A stretch of 64,000 nucleotides of DNA from a virus: positions 96,001-160,000 of the IMG/VR virus record IMGVR_UViG_3300028840_003271; one strand, given 5' to 3'. A model generated the notes under the pieces. It saw only the letters and a list, made by a program, of their open reading frames with translations, was not told the origin of the DNA and searched no databases. A program made the translations under genes and the position numbers. Each line of letters begins with the position of its first letter. The first letter of the stretch is position 1. This document shows positions 30,301 through 38,737 of this stretch, one piece after another.

Positions 30301-31931
30301 ATTTATTAGTTGGATCTTTAACAGATTGGCAGGGTGATTCTAAACGAACTCAAATTGCTACATTAGAAGTTAAAGAAATTACAACTCAATATGAGAATTT
30401 TGGTACAACAGCTTTTGCAGGATGGGAAACATTAATTCGTCCAGTGTCAATGGATGGAGACGGTAATCTTCCACAATATGCTACTGCTTTATCTGGTATT
30501 TGTAATAATTATACTCCACAGGGTGCCCACCCTGTTATTTATAAAGATAAAAATTTAACACAGTCTGCTTATGAAATTAGTGTGCATAATAATTATTTAA
30601 ATCCATTTTCAAATCCTGCTGGTAAAGAAAGAGATGATGTTAGTGAGAAAGCACCTAGTTCGAGTGATTATGTTGGACACGATATGGATTGGTTGGGAGC
30701 CGAAAGCGAACCACCACAAGGAACTGATGGTGATGGAATTAATATGCGAATTGCTGGATATAACGATTCCGATTTAGCCAATTATTCTGATGACTATCGA
30801 ATGTTTGCTTTACGAGGACCTCTTTTATTACAGAGTTGGGGTTATGATTTGGATGGTAAACCCGTGCCTAATGAAGTAGATACTGATAGTGCAGCAGAAA
30901 ATGGTACTTTTGAGTCTACTTCACTTACGAAAAAATTTCTATCAAAATGGTTACATAAACCTCATACGTGGCCAGTTGCTCCAGTAGATTTGAGATTTGA
31001 TCGTGAGCGAGGAGTGTGGGTATCTCCACCACCATATCGATTATTATATGTGAGTTTGTTGGAGGATTTGTGTGCTGCTTCATCTGCAAAAGCTCAAGTT
31101 TCTACATCTTTGACAGAAGTGCAGTCATATGATGACGAAGGTAATAATATCGACGATGGATTTATTCGAGTATATGATCACACTCTTAATAATTGGGCTT
31201 CAGGAACATTTTTAACAGTATATTATGATCCATATAAATGTGAATATGTTCCACTTGAAGGACCAGGATTAGGTGTTTATAATATTAGTTGTCGTGGTAA
31301 TGAACATTCACCAAGTCCAATTAAATATGCAACACAAATTGTTTTTGGTACTGGTATTTATGCACGAGCAGCAAAAGAAAATTGTGCTCGTGTTTTAGTA
31401 GATAGTAATCAATGGATTGGAAGTGGAAACGATGGACCGGCAGATGCTAAACCTTGGGAAACACTTATTTTTCGTAAAAATCTTAAAGTAGAAGGTAACG
31501 AAAGTACTTGTACTTATTATGTTGATGCGTCTGGTGGTGATGGTAGTGGTGTAAATTTATTAAATATGACAGGATGCCCAAACATTGACACACCGGTTGA
31601 TGGTGATAGTTATAATACAATATGGATTGGTGGCGGATTACATGGAACACATATTAGTGACGATATTGCTCAAATTGATTTAAGTTTTAGTTTTGGTGGA
31701 GTTGATAATATTACTAATGTTGCTGTAGATCATCCATTTGAAGCGGTACCAACCGGAAATTGTGGAGCATTATTGAAATTTGATGACGATTTTCTACCTA
31801 CTGGTACTGGATGTCCAGATAAAATTTGGTATGTAACTGATGTTTATTGTAGTGGTTCGGCTTTAGTGGTTGAAAAATCGTGGTTAGAATTTAATAAATA
31901 TGGAATGTTACAAGATTGTGGTGACGATTAA
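27303..31931 (+). CDS. Large tail tip/baseplate hub (central fibre) protein
   Basis: About 1542 aa from ATG 27303 (SD GAGG); hub-like N-terminus ('SLLDVITQVCEDAGYDYYIEL'); Cys-rich C-terminus. Confidence 0.6.
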   Translation: MGNQVSRGSFWDAQSFANWAGLTSNEWNLLKADNCLPTSVFGPFPQSLFLGCSVSNFSCSVGWNEQVSELTVNLVQDPCEGTKVYWDDKLFIRVLTGADPGFIGESIDIIGSPAYFRVGNFEYTGIIQSWEKISSSSIYPGYTVKLVDPRDILRGTQIIIGEYAGGIGCTGFATGMGPYNLFNVYGYLESLGSSCPQRSLTTLTAGNPYPNNTDYVTSNSGPDGSMFGAPANGFGGAGVNNNGMSWNNILSGVNSLVNKVPCVSNVFSPHGRVLFRATNSSFGYGLLPGDRLDVLGPFTSLASSRWLAEYFIDLSEIPITPTYWRLSGSNTSLLDVITQVCEDAGYDYYIELIPVRGVSSLVAPSGTAKFIKIRTVKRLLQPVLGQLANFIDSSEGVVSKRVGTELRNEPTTSFLIGGKKNTYYQIEEEDVSGDDAEGNNFSDNTIIPYFGVDSNEDVIIPTKVEGGDGTLWWHFDADATFLDETLQSIDISATLGSLTVNIGERELQAALGGFDSWVMYVDTMETDTGQVLNDNDIGAMWDWDKFEAFVNGEDADKLFAPDMINQAFAANPFCGLANDDEGTKLMEDAQAIFDWVYQFATEFYGKQYQVRVPYVCARVDSESGQILTSESPTSTGWTDQTYILGMVNGSTIHSYFQDEDGRTLAMVRMDDLDILNVSQLDPDDFAVLGDSYFIKCDVADEYVYTDKSTRTSPRGVISLPAPVFEILSSAQPAQSNSLMERLVIEKIDAGKQADANAALAEMQKNIGNKEIFAPMAFPFHMPDAAGFGVQSDVLTYGPWVTMGPAGTVRVDHDPGLVPWEYGGVTTMNLAGMSKANAGITYQQVSEKGNIVMPGHPILPLGAEIGAIGGNFYGTAGVHLVENRTTGSAGNITVGIGGWVGTYGPNVTSIDVSVGSDGIETTYDFRTHTPKFGNFAKYNANRLREIGKHRLRFNRDLRALQFRLRSRKVLHDLRKNPKQFQFIGSGPNVSKVVDHKTCPHHLLVGSLTDWQGDSKRTQIATLEVKEITTQYENFGTTAFAGWETLIRPVSMDGDGNLPQYATALSGICNNYTPQGAHPVIYKDKNLTQSAYEISVHNNYLNPFSNPAGKERDDVSEKAPSSSDYVGHDMDWLGAESEPPQGTDGDGINMRIAGYNDSDLANYSDDYRMFALRGPLLLQSWGYDLDGKPVPNEVDTDSAAENGTFESTSLTKKFLSKWLHKPHTWPVAPVDLRFDRERGVWVSPPPYRLLYVSLLEDLCAASSAKAQVSTSLTEVQSYDDEGNNIDDGFIRVYDHTLNNWASGTFLTVYYDPYKCEYVPLEGPGLGVYNISCRGNEHSPSPIKYATQIVFGTGIYARAAKENCARVLVDSNQWIGSGNDGPADAKPWETLIFRKNLKVEGNESTCTYYVDASGGDGSGVNLLNMTGCPNIDTPVDGDSYNTIWIGGGLHGTHISDDIAQIDLSFSFGGVDNITNVAVDHPFEAVPTGNCGALLKFDDDFLPTGTGCPDKIWYVTDVYCSGSALVVEKSWLEFNKYGMLQDCGDD

Positions 31932-31980
31932 CATAAAAACATAAAAACACAAAAACACAAAAATACTAAAACACTAAAAC
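31931..31980 (+). repeat. Degenerate 8-bp tandem repeat (ACATAAAA-type), 6 units
   Basis: ACATAAAA ACATAAAA ACACAAAA ACACAAAA ATACTAAA ACACTAAA. Confidence 0.8.
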
Positions 31981-31995
31981 GGGATAATGTAGGAT

Positions 31996-32496
31996 ATGGT
32001 AGTAGTAATTCATGATTGTGGTTTTACGTGTCAATGTTGTAAGGGGTGTGCTGCATGTGTACCACAGGAAATGTATGTAACATTTGAAGGAGTACAGGTT
32101 TCTGGATGTGCTGATTGTAATGATTGGAATGATAAGTTTAAGTTAACATTGGTTGATAACAATATGTATGGAACTTGCATGTGGCATTCCAATAGTGGAA
32201 CACATTTTCCGTGTGATGGTTCGTATGTGTCATTAGAACTTTTTTGTCAAAGTGGTGACGATCTTGGTTTTATGGGAACTTTAGGTGGTGATGAAATTTA
32301 TTATGAAGCCGCAATTTGGGAAGATGGAATGCTTAAAGGTGACTGGAGACGATTGGATGTGGTTGGATATGAGCAAGCAGCAGATTGTGCAAATGATATT
32401 GGTACTTTAGGTGATTTTGTACCAAGTGCTGATTTTGTGTTAAATGGTGCTGAATGTGAATGGAGGGGATCTACAGCAACATTTTCAATTACATAG
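31996..32496 (+). CDS. Cys-rich acidic hypothetical protein (tail tip region)
   Basis: 'CGFTCQCCKGCAAC' N-terminus. Confidence 0.5.
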   Translation: MVVVIHDCGFTCQCCKGCAACVPQEMYVTFEGVQVSGCADCNDWNDKFKLTLVDNNMYGTCMWHSNSGTHFPCDGSYVSLELFCQSGDDLGFMGTLGGDEIYYEAAIWEDGMLKGDWRRLDVVGYEQAADCANDIGTLGDFVPSADFVLNGAECEWRGSTATFSIT

Positions 32497-32511
32497 AGGT
32501 ATGGATTTATT

Positions 32512-32958
32512 ATGTTAATACAAATTGAAGATGTTGATGGTTATCACGCATATAAATGTAAAGGATGTGGTGTTGTAATTGTTAATCGTTCAAAATTTCC
32601 AGATGAAAAAATTATTCAAAGACATAAATGTCAACCACCGTCATTAATTGCACGAGGAAGAAGTTTTTTAGAGGAAAGAAAAAGATGGCACCGAGAAAAA
32701 AAACCAACACGAACGGACGAAGAAGTGGAGCAACTTTACAAGAAATTTTGTGAAAATTGTGAATATCGAAGTGGAAAAATTTGTAGTATTTGTGGGTGTT
32801 TTTTGCGGTTGAAGCTTAAATGGAGAACTACATCATGTCCTTTAAATCCTCCAAAATGGAAGTCGGATATAAATGTTGAAGATATTGAACCGAAACCCAA
32901 ACTTAAAAACAGGAAAAAACCAAAGAAAAGGAAAGGTGGTTGTGGGTGTTCGAAATAA
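32512..32958 (+). CDS. Cys-rich metal-binding protein (DUF6171-like CxxC...CxxCGC...CP...KW)
   Basis: 'CENCEY....CSICGCFL..K......CPLNPPKW'; ends GGCGCSK. Confidence 0.6.
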   Translation: MLIQIEDVDGYHAYKCKGCGVVIVNRSKFPDEKIIQRHKCQPPSLIARGRSFLEERKRWHREKKPTRTDEEVEQLYKKFCENCEYRSGKICSICGCFLRLKLKWRTTSCPLNPPKWKSDINVEDIEPKPKLKNRKKPKKRKGGCGCSK

Positions 32959-33520
32959 AGAAGAAATTGAACGGTTTTATGAAAAATATTGTAAAGATTG
33001 TGAACATCGTATTGAAAATATTTGTGGTATTTGCGGTTGTATTTTAGATTTGAAACTTAAATGGAGAAATGCTTCTTGTTCTGCAAAACCACCAAAATGG
33101 TTACCAGAACAGCATTCGAGAAAACGAAAACAAAAACATAGTGGTGGTAAAGAAATAGAAGAAGAAAGAAAAAGGGCTCAAAAGGCTTTGGATAAATTTC
33201 AGTTGAAAATGAAAAACGAAAAAGAGCAAAGGCGAAGAGAAAACCAAAAACAAAAAGAAAAATTACGACGAAAACAAAAGCAAAAATTGGAACAGAAGCA
33301 AAAACAACAACAACAACAACAACAGAAGCAACAGCAACAGCAACAGGAAGAAAAACAACAATTAAAACAACAACAGCAACAACAACAAGAAAAAGAACAA
33401 AAATTGAAACAAAATCAAATAAAAAGTAAAGAAGAATTACAGAGAGAAAAAATACGAAGATTTAAACAGATGAAAATTGAAGAAGATGGAAGAAATAGGA
33501 AACATGGTTGTTCGAAATAA
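32936..33520 (+). CDS. Tandem paralog of the Cys-rich protein with a poly-Gln/Lys coiled-coil tail
   Basis: 'CKDCEH....CGICGCIL.LKLKWR..SC..KPPKW'; also ends GCSK; start uncertain (GTG 32936/32942 vs 32873). Confidence 0.55.
   Translation: MVVGVRNKEEIERFYEKYCKDCEHRIENICGICGCILDLKLKWRNASCSAKPPKWLPEQHSRKRKQKHSGGKEIEEERKRAQKALDKFQLKMKNEKEQRRRENQKQKEKLRRKQKQKLEQKQKQQQQQQQKQQQQQQEEKQQLKQQQQQQQEKEQKLKQNQIKSKEELQREKIRRFKQMKIEEDGRNRKHGCSK
33294..33400 (+). repeat. (CAA/CAG)n poly-glutamine microsatellite
   Basis: Runs of CAACAACAA encoding QQQQQQQKQQQQQQ. Confidence 0.85.
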
Positions 33521-33530
33521 AAACAAAAAC

Positions 33531-33566
33531 AAAAACAAAAAAAAGCACCGGCTGAAAACCGGTGCT
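33531..33566 (-). terminator. Rho-independent terminator (minus strand) closing the TnpB-like transcript
   Basis: Minus strand AGCACCGG-TTTTCAG-CCGGTGCT followed by a T-run. Confidence 0.85.
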
Positions 33567-33844
33567 GGATAACCTTTCATTACCTTGACAGTACTTCTCA
33601 GTATGTTTGTTAAAGTAGACTTATATCAAAACTGTAGAAACACATATTTAAAATTGTAATACAGTCCCATGGTTTTTTATATCTTTATAAGATTAATAAT
33701 AAAAACCGACAATTTTGATACAAGTAGAAAAAAGTATAAAAAATCGTATTGGTTAGAATAATATATATTTTTATTTTTACTCAACCATTACTTTTTACAT
33801 CTATTTTGTTTATAGATTATAATAAAAGTAGAACCAATACGAAA
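33567..33844 (-). ncRNA. Putative omegaRNA-like guide RNA scaffold plus 18-nt guide
   Basis: ORF-free; 11-bp stem 33832-33842/33744-33754; 17-bp stem 33709-33725/33619-33635 whose two imperfect pairs are G-U only on the minus strand; nested hairpins; ends GTCAA then 18 nt then the terminator. Confidence 0.6.
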
Positions 33845-35347
33845 TTATTTTAGTATGATGTATCCAAATCTTGGACTCTTTTCGTTTTTTGGATTTATTG
33901 GTTTCAAATTGGAAGATTTAATATTTTCGTATTTTTTCCAATTCCAACCTTTTCTTCCTAAATGTACGTATTCATCATAGTTCCATAACCACCACCCAAC
34001 TTCTTTATGATTTTGAGCAGCATTAATATCTGCATGACTTTTATATCCACATTTAGTACAAACAAATTTTTTCTTATTACGATTATCTGGATGAACATAT
34101 CCACACTTCAAACATCTTCGTGATAAGTATCTTGAAGGTATAGATATATATGGAATTTTTTGATTAATACATTTACGAATTAATATACGACCAAGGGCTT
34201 GACCAAATTCTCCGTTTGTAACACCGGTTGTAATATTATCAATACATAAAAGCAACTTGTTTTTAACAACATAAGCAATAATTTTGTTTGCTATGGGTTC
34301 AAGTAATCTTTCATGCTCTTTTAATGTATCTTGAACTCCACGTCTTAATGAAGTTCGTTCTTTTGTAGTAACTGCTTTTGGATTACGAATTCTTTTACCA
34401 TTTTTCAAACCCTTTTTATATAAACGAGCACCAATTTTTTGATTAAGCTTTTGTCTTTGTGAACGATTATTCAACATTTTTTCTGTAGCTTTTTCAATAT
34501 CTATTTGGTCAATTGAAGATGAATAAGCAACAAGCGTTTCTTTATCTTTTCCAATATCTATACCAAAAGAACCTTGTGGAGTATAAGACCAAACAATTGG
34601 AACGAGAATTTTAACATTCAAAGTGAATTCATTATTTAATTTATTATGATGTAGTTTTGGAACGAGATTTCCACCACCCCACACGATCATATTTTTAAGA
34701 TTAGGATATGCTTTACGAGTACGGCTTGGAATACTATAAGCCATTTTAATAAAAGTGTCGTCACCAACATAAAGTTGCATTAAACCTTTAGTTGGTTTTT
34801 CTGGAGTGAGATCTACCCAAATACTATCAGCTTTAGCTGAATTTTTTGTTTTTGGTAATTTAGCATCGCTACATCTTAGTGTATATTTACGAATATGATT
34901 ACCATGCTGTGGAATTTTTTTGTTTCGTCCACCGTATCCACTTTTATTACCATGAACAGCATAAGTAACTATATTTTTCGCAAAATTTGTACAAAAATTG
35001 TATTTATCAAATATGGGTTTATATTCTTCATATGTTTTTGATAAAGTTTGTTTATAAAGATATGCTGGTGTATCTTTTTTACAACTATTAAGTGTAACAA
35101 ATTTGATATTACTAACTTTTTCATTACCTTTTTTGTCAGTATAAACAATTGTTGTAGTTTTCAATTTACGATGTAATAATGTGCTAATTTCTTGAGCACA
35201 TTTTTTTTGTTGTTTTAAAAAGCGATGTATTGTTGGAAGCTGTCTTTTAGACGGATGAAGATTAATAGCCACGTCTTTATATGACCACCCCATACATTGC
35301 CAAGAGGTTTTACCGAGTTCAAATTGAGCTTGGTTTTGATTGTTCAT
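33845..35347 (-). CDS. tnpB: TnpB/Cas12f-like RNA-guided RuvC protein (no transposase nearby)
   Basis: RuvC-I 'FGIDIG' (D264), RuvC-II 'LCIDNI' (D370 at the usual Glu position), Zn finger CLKC...CTKC, RuvC-III 'HADINAAQN' (D440); SD AGGAG. Confidence 0.8.
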   Translation of the reverse strand: MNNQNQAQFELGKTSWQCMGWSYKDVAINLHPSKRQLPTIHRFLKQQKKCAQEISTLLHRKLKTTTIVYTDKKGNEKVSNIKFVTLNSCKKDTPAYLYKQTLSKTYEEYKPIFDKYNFCTNFAKNIVTYAVHGNKSGYGGRNKKIPQHGNHIRKYTLRCSDAKLPKTKNSAKADSIWVDLTPEKPTKGLMQLYVGDDTFIKMAYSIPSRTRKAYPNLKNMIVWGGGNLVPKLHHNKLNNEFTLNVKILVPIVWSYTPQGSFGIDIGKDKETLVAYSSSIDQIDIEKATEKMLNNRSQRQKLNQKIGARLYKKGLKNGKRIRNPKAVTTKERTSLRRGVQDTLKEHERLLEPIANKIIAYVVKNKLLLCIDNITTGVTNGEFGQALGRILIRKCINQKIPYISIPSRYLSRRCLKCGYVHPDNRNKKKFVCTKCGYKSHADINAAQNHKEVGWWLWNYDEYVHLGRKGWNWKKYENIKSSNLKPINPKNEKSPRFGYIILK

Positions 35348-35524
35348 TTTTTTTCTCCTAAAAAGTTATATGACCTCATAGATTCAAGTAGTGTTATTAC
35401 ACACTTTTGATAAATCTGACAGACACATGTCTGTAAATAATAAACAATAAATAATAACAAAATTTGAAGTAAAATATTATGTTGTTATAGATTTAATAAT
35501 CTTTTATTAAGAAGATATTTGGCT

Positions 35525-35640
35525 AAATTTGAACATCCTTAGAGATGTTAAAAGTTTTTTTGTAAGTATACATAACCATGAATTTAGTAGTCTTACTAAG
35601 ACACATAAATAAAATTCGAACATCTAACGATGTTAAAGTT
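35525..35640. repeat. Two degenerate hairpin direct repeats upstream of tnpB
   Basis: AAATTTGAACATCCTTAGAGATGTTAAAAGTT (35525-35556) and AAATTCGAACATCTAACGATGTTAAAGTT (35612-35640), each with an AACATC/GATGTT stem. Confidence 0.7.
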
Positions 35641-35644
35641 ATAG

Positions 35645-35980
35645 TTATACCATTTTCTTTTGATTTTTATCCCATTTCATCCAACCACCATCAGGCAACC
35701 AATTTCCATCAGGATCTTTACGTCTTGGAAATAGTCCACCACCCTTCTTATTAGCACCAAACGATAATCTTGCAAAACAATCTAAACATTTAACTTCGTA
35801 GTATTTATTTTCGTCCTTATCATTACGAACAGAGAATCGAACATTGTTTTTACCACATTTTCCACAAGTGTTGTGACTAAAAACTTCCTCAACTTGAGAC
35901 AATTCTTCAAACATATCTCTTTGAGTATCGGATTCAATTTCTACCCACAAACTGTCTGTTACACGATATTTAACTTTCAT
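35645..35980 (-). CDS. Zn-finger protein (CGKC...CLDC) next to the annealase
   Basis: 111 aa, two CxxC motifs. Confidence 0.55.
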   Translation of the reverse strand: MKVKYRVTDSLWVEIESDTQRDMFEELSQVEEVFSHNTCGKCGKNNVRFSVRNDKDENKYYEVKCLDCFARLSFGANKKGGGLFPRRKDPDGNWLPDGGWMKWDKNQKKMV

Positions 35981-36004
35981 TTTTTAATCCTAAACCTTTC
36001 TTTT

Positions 36005-36685
36005 CTAGTTTTCGTAACCTTTAATTTCATCTGAAACCACTTCAGATTTGTTTTGGAAACTTGTTAATTTTGCATTTATTTTCAAAGCGTCATCATACGA
36101 TAAATTGTTAATATTTTTACAACCCTCCGTTTCAAGAAACTTTTGTACATTAATATCTAAACGAGACGCCATAAGTTCAATAAATCTTATTTGTGTTGGT
36201 GTAATTTTTTCCGTGTTTACTGTTGGTGTAACATTCATTTCTTCTGCACTATTAACGTTTCGTAACAACAGAGCACGTTTTAATGCTCGACCTTCAGCAC
36301 GGGTTTCTGCTAAAGCAACTGGATGTTTATCGTATGGTGGTTTACTATTTACAGAACTTGCGTCAGCAGCACCAGAATATTTACTTTCACCAATAATAAG
36401 TGTGACGACAACGACAGCACGATCACCAGTATTAGGATTTGGAGGTTGAACAACGTGTGTTAAGCACTCATCAATATGACCAATTAATTCCGTAGTCACT
36501 CTTCGTAATCCATCAACTGTAGGACTACCTTCATATAGTTCGTTTTCAGCAAAAAGTGATAATACATAGTCACTCCATTCTGGATCGGTTGGAGAAATAG
36601 CTTTTTCTACACCATTTTCGTTTTCGTCGTTTACTACATCAAAATCTTCTTCAAAATTTACGTCATTATCGTGTTTATCAGCCAT
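36005..36685 (-). CDS. Single-strand annealing recombinase (Sak/Rad52-like)
   Basis: 'PTVDGLRRV', 'ALAETRAEGRALKRAL', C-terminal 'ITPTQIRFI' helical domain. Confidence 0.55.
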   Translation of the reverse strand: MADKHDNDVNFEEDFDVVNDENENGVEKAISPTDPEWSDYVLSLFAENELYEGSPTVDGLRRVTTELIGHIDECLTHVVQPPNPNTGDRAVVVVTLIIGESKYSGAADASSVNSKPPYDKHPVALAETRAEGRALKRALLLRNVNSAEEMNVTPTVNTEKITPTQIRFIELMASRLDINVQKFLETEGCKNINNLSYDDALKINAKLTSFQNKSEVVSDEIKGYEN

Positions 36686-36694
36686 TTTATTCTC

Positions 36695-37441
36695 CTAAAT
36701 TTTTAGAGTAACTACCTTAGATTCAAAATCACCTTCTAACACATTTAAAACTTGTTCTAAAATTAGTTTACTTCGATAAGTAGATGGAGTTTTTTCAAAT
36801 CTTATTCGAATTATTCTCCAACCATTACCAATAACCAATCCATTTTTTTGACGGTCTGCTGCTTTAGTTTGTTTTAATTCTTCTACACCCCATATGGGTA
36901 AAAAGTGTGACGGTCCATCAATTTCAATAACAGTTTTTTCACGAGGAAGAAAAAGGTCAAAGTGCAATTTGTCGTTTTTGACTTTATGTTCAGCGTGTAA
37001 TTGAACATTATATTCTTTTTGTAATTCTTGATGTAAAAATCGCTCAAGACGTGATCCATCTTTAAGTGTTTGAAGTCGAGCTTTTGTTGCTTTTGTATGA
37101 ATTCTTTCTTTATCTTTAGCGTCTCGATTATTCCATTCTTCTTTATGTTTGTTGGATATTTCTTGTCGTTCTTTATCTGAAAGATTTTCCCAAGATTTTG
37201 CACGACTTCGAGCAATTTGGTCTTTTATTTTTTGAGATCGTTTTTTACCTTTTGTAGGATGTGGGGTTCTTTTTAAAGCATCTTTTTGTGCTTGAGACTT
37301 ATCTTTGATTGGAATACCTAATTCTACCATCTCTTTTTTAAGTTTAAATGGAGATGTTTTAAGTTTATTTGCTATCCAGGCAATACTATAACCTTGATTA
37401 TGATACCAGTCATTTATTTGTTTTTGTTTTTCGGATGACAT
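36695..37441 (-). CDS. Homing-endonuclease-like protein (HTH/NUMOD3-like plus Vsr/DUF559 nuclease)
   Basis: 'HPTKGKKRSQKIKDQI', 'SRLERFL', 'FDLFLP...VIEIDGPSHF', 'GWRIIRI'. Confidence 0.65.
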   Translation of the reverse strand: MSSEKQKQINDWYHNQGYSIAWIANKLKTSPFKLKKEMVELGIPIKDKSQAQKDALKRTPHPTKGKKRSQKIKDQIARSRAKSWENLSDKERQEISNKHKEEWNNRDAKDKERIHTKATKARLQTLKDGSRLERFLHQELQKEYNVQLHAEHKVKNDKLHFDLFLPREKTVIEIDGPSHFLPIWGVEELKQTKAADRQKNGLVIGNGWRIIRIRFEKTPSTYRSKLILEQVLNVLEGDFESKVVTLKI

Positions 37442-37913
37442 TTAAAATTTCCTGATAGTTAAAGTTTTCAATAGTAGCAATGGGTTTTTTCCAACATTCT
37501 TCGATTAATTGAGCGTGTTTTTTTGATCGAGCAATCAATTCAATTTCTGGATGAGTGTAAAGTTGTAAATCTTTATATAATAAATCTTTTGAATTAAATG
37601 AGGTTGTTGGATTTCTTAATATCCATTCTAAATCCATTACATAGAATAATTTTCGTTTACAACATGGTAAATTGGCTAGTAACTTTGCAGATGCTAAATT
37701 GGTTGCAATTACTGGATGTGGAAACGTCCACGCTTCTACGTCAAGCATACAAGAAAATTTGGGCTGTGTAAAAGATTGGTAATATTCTTTATAAAAAACA
37801 ACGGGGTTGACATATATTTCTTTACTCACTAATTTATTGAGTTCTGTTAATATCATTACTCCAGTTTGTGATACATCTAGAGCGTTAACTAAAATTCCAA
37901 AAGTTGTTATCAT
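37410..37913 (-). CDS. Glycosyltransferase-like accessory protein
   Basis: 'VIATNL.SA', 'KLFYVMDLEW' resemble a GT-B N-terminal lobe; lies in the GT cluster. Confidence 0.4.
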   Translation of the reverse strand: MITTFGILVNALDVSQTGVMILTELNKLVSKEIYVNPVVFYKEYYQSFTQPKFSCMLDVEAWTFPHPVIATNLASAKLLANLPCCKRKLFYVMDLEWILRNPTTSFNSKDLLYKDLQLYTHPEIELIARSKKHAQLIEECWKKPIATIENFNYQEILNVIRKTKTNK

Positions 37914-38737
37914 AAAATAACCTGTTCGTGATGAGATATAATTTTTTCACATTGTTCTTTAGCAGAGGTTCGTATATCTTTGTCTATTCCACTAAAAACA
38001 TTTCTTATGATATGATAGTAAGTATTATTTTTTGCTGCTATATATGCTTCATTACTATTTTGAGAATTTGTTGATATAATTTTTGATAAGTCTTTAATAA
38101 AATTTTCAACTGTGACTATTTCGTGTGGATTAGAAATACAGTTTCGTTTATGAAAACCAGCATCCCATAAACTGTTTTGATTATAATCCAGTATACAACT
38201 AGATGATGCTATTAAATTCGACGTTTCTTTAACACCTACTTGACCAATATATTGTGGTAGTGGAAGTGGATTACCACACACTTTTAATGAAAAATCGGAT
38301 TTTGATATTTCTTTCAAAAATTGTAATATTTCTGGTGGTGTTGCAGTGTTTGAAAGATATAACACATCACTTTTATCTTTTTCTGAAAAAACTCCACTAT
38401 TATATTGAGCAATGTTTGCTGCTGGTCCAACTAAAGTGTATGGAACATTATTTGTTGGTGGTTTTTCTGTGCATAATTTAATAGGTTGAATTGTTGGTGG
38501 ATAACGATCTCCAAACAAAATTAAATCTGTCTTTTTTTCTTGTAATGCTGATATTAATGAAGATGTGAAATCTTGAGTTGTGCAAATAAAAATATCTGGA
38601 GAAACTTCATCAAACATGTCCCATAAAGATTTGTAATCTGATAACCAGATAAAAGTTTTTGGATTTACAGTATTTAAAGTAATAACTGTTCGATAAAAAA
38701 CTAAATTTTCTGGATGGTGAGTTGCTATAATTTTCAT
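37910..38737 (-). CDS. Divergent GT-B-like protein
   Basis: 'DEVSPDIFI', 'SDVLYLS', 'LKVCG...YIG', 'NNTYYH' (CgeB-like layout). Confidence 0.4.
   Translation of the reverse strand: MKIIATHHPENLVFYRTVITLNTVNPKTFIWLSDYKSLWDMFDEVSPDIFICTTQDFTSSLISALQEKKTDLILFGDRYPPTIQPIKLCTEKPPTNNVPYTLVGPAANIAQYNSGVFSEKDKSDVLYLSNTATPPEILQFLKEISKSDFSLKVCGNPLPLPQYIGQVGVKETSNLIASSSCILDYNQNSLWDAGFHKRNCISNPHEIVTVENFIKDLSKIISTNSQNSNEAYIAAKNNTYYHIIRNVFSGIDKDIRTSAKEQCEKIISHHEQVIL

Noticed and set aside
33560-33580. Resemblance of GCTGGATAACCT to the 16S rRNA 3' end (GCTGGATCACCT)
   Set aside because: Only 11/12 nt, partly inside the terminator stem, and lacks the anti-SD CCTCC; most likely chance.
35525-35640. CRISPR array beside the Cas12f-like gene
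   Set aside because: Only two non-identical copies with a ~55-nt gap and no regular period; kept as a repeat, not called CRISPR.
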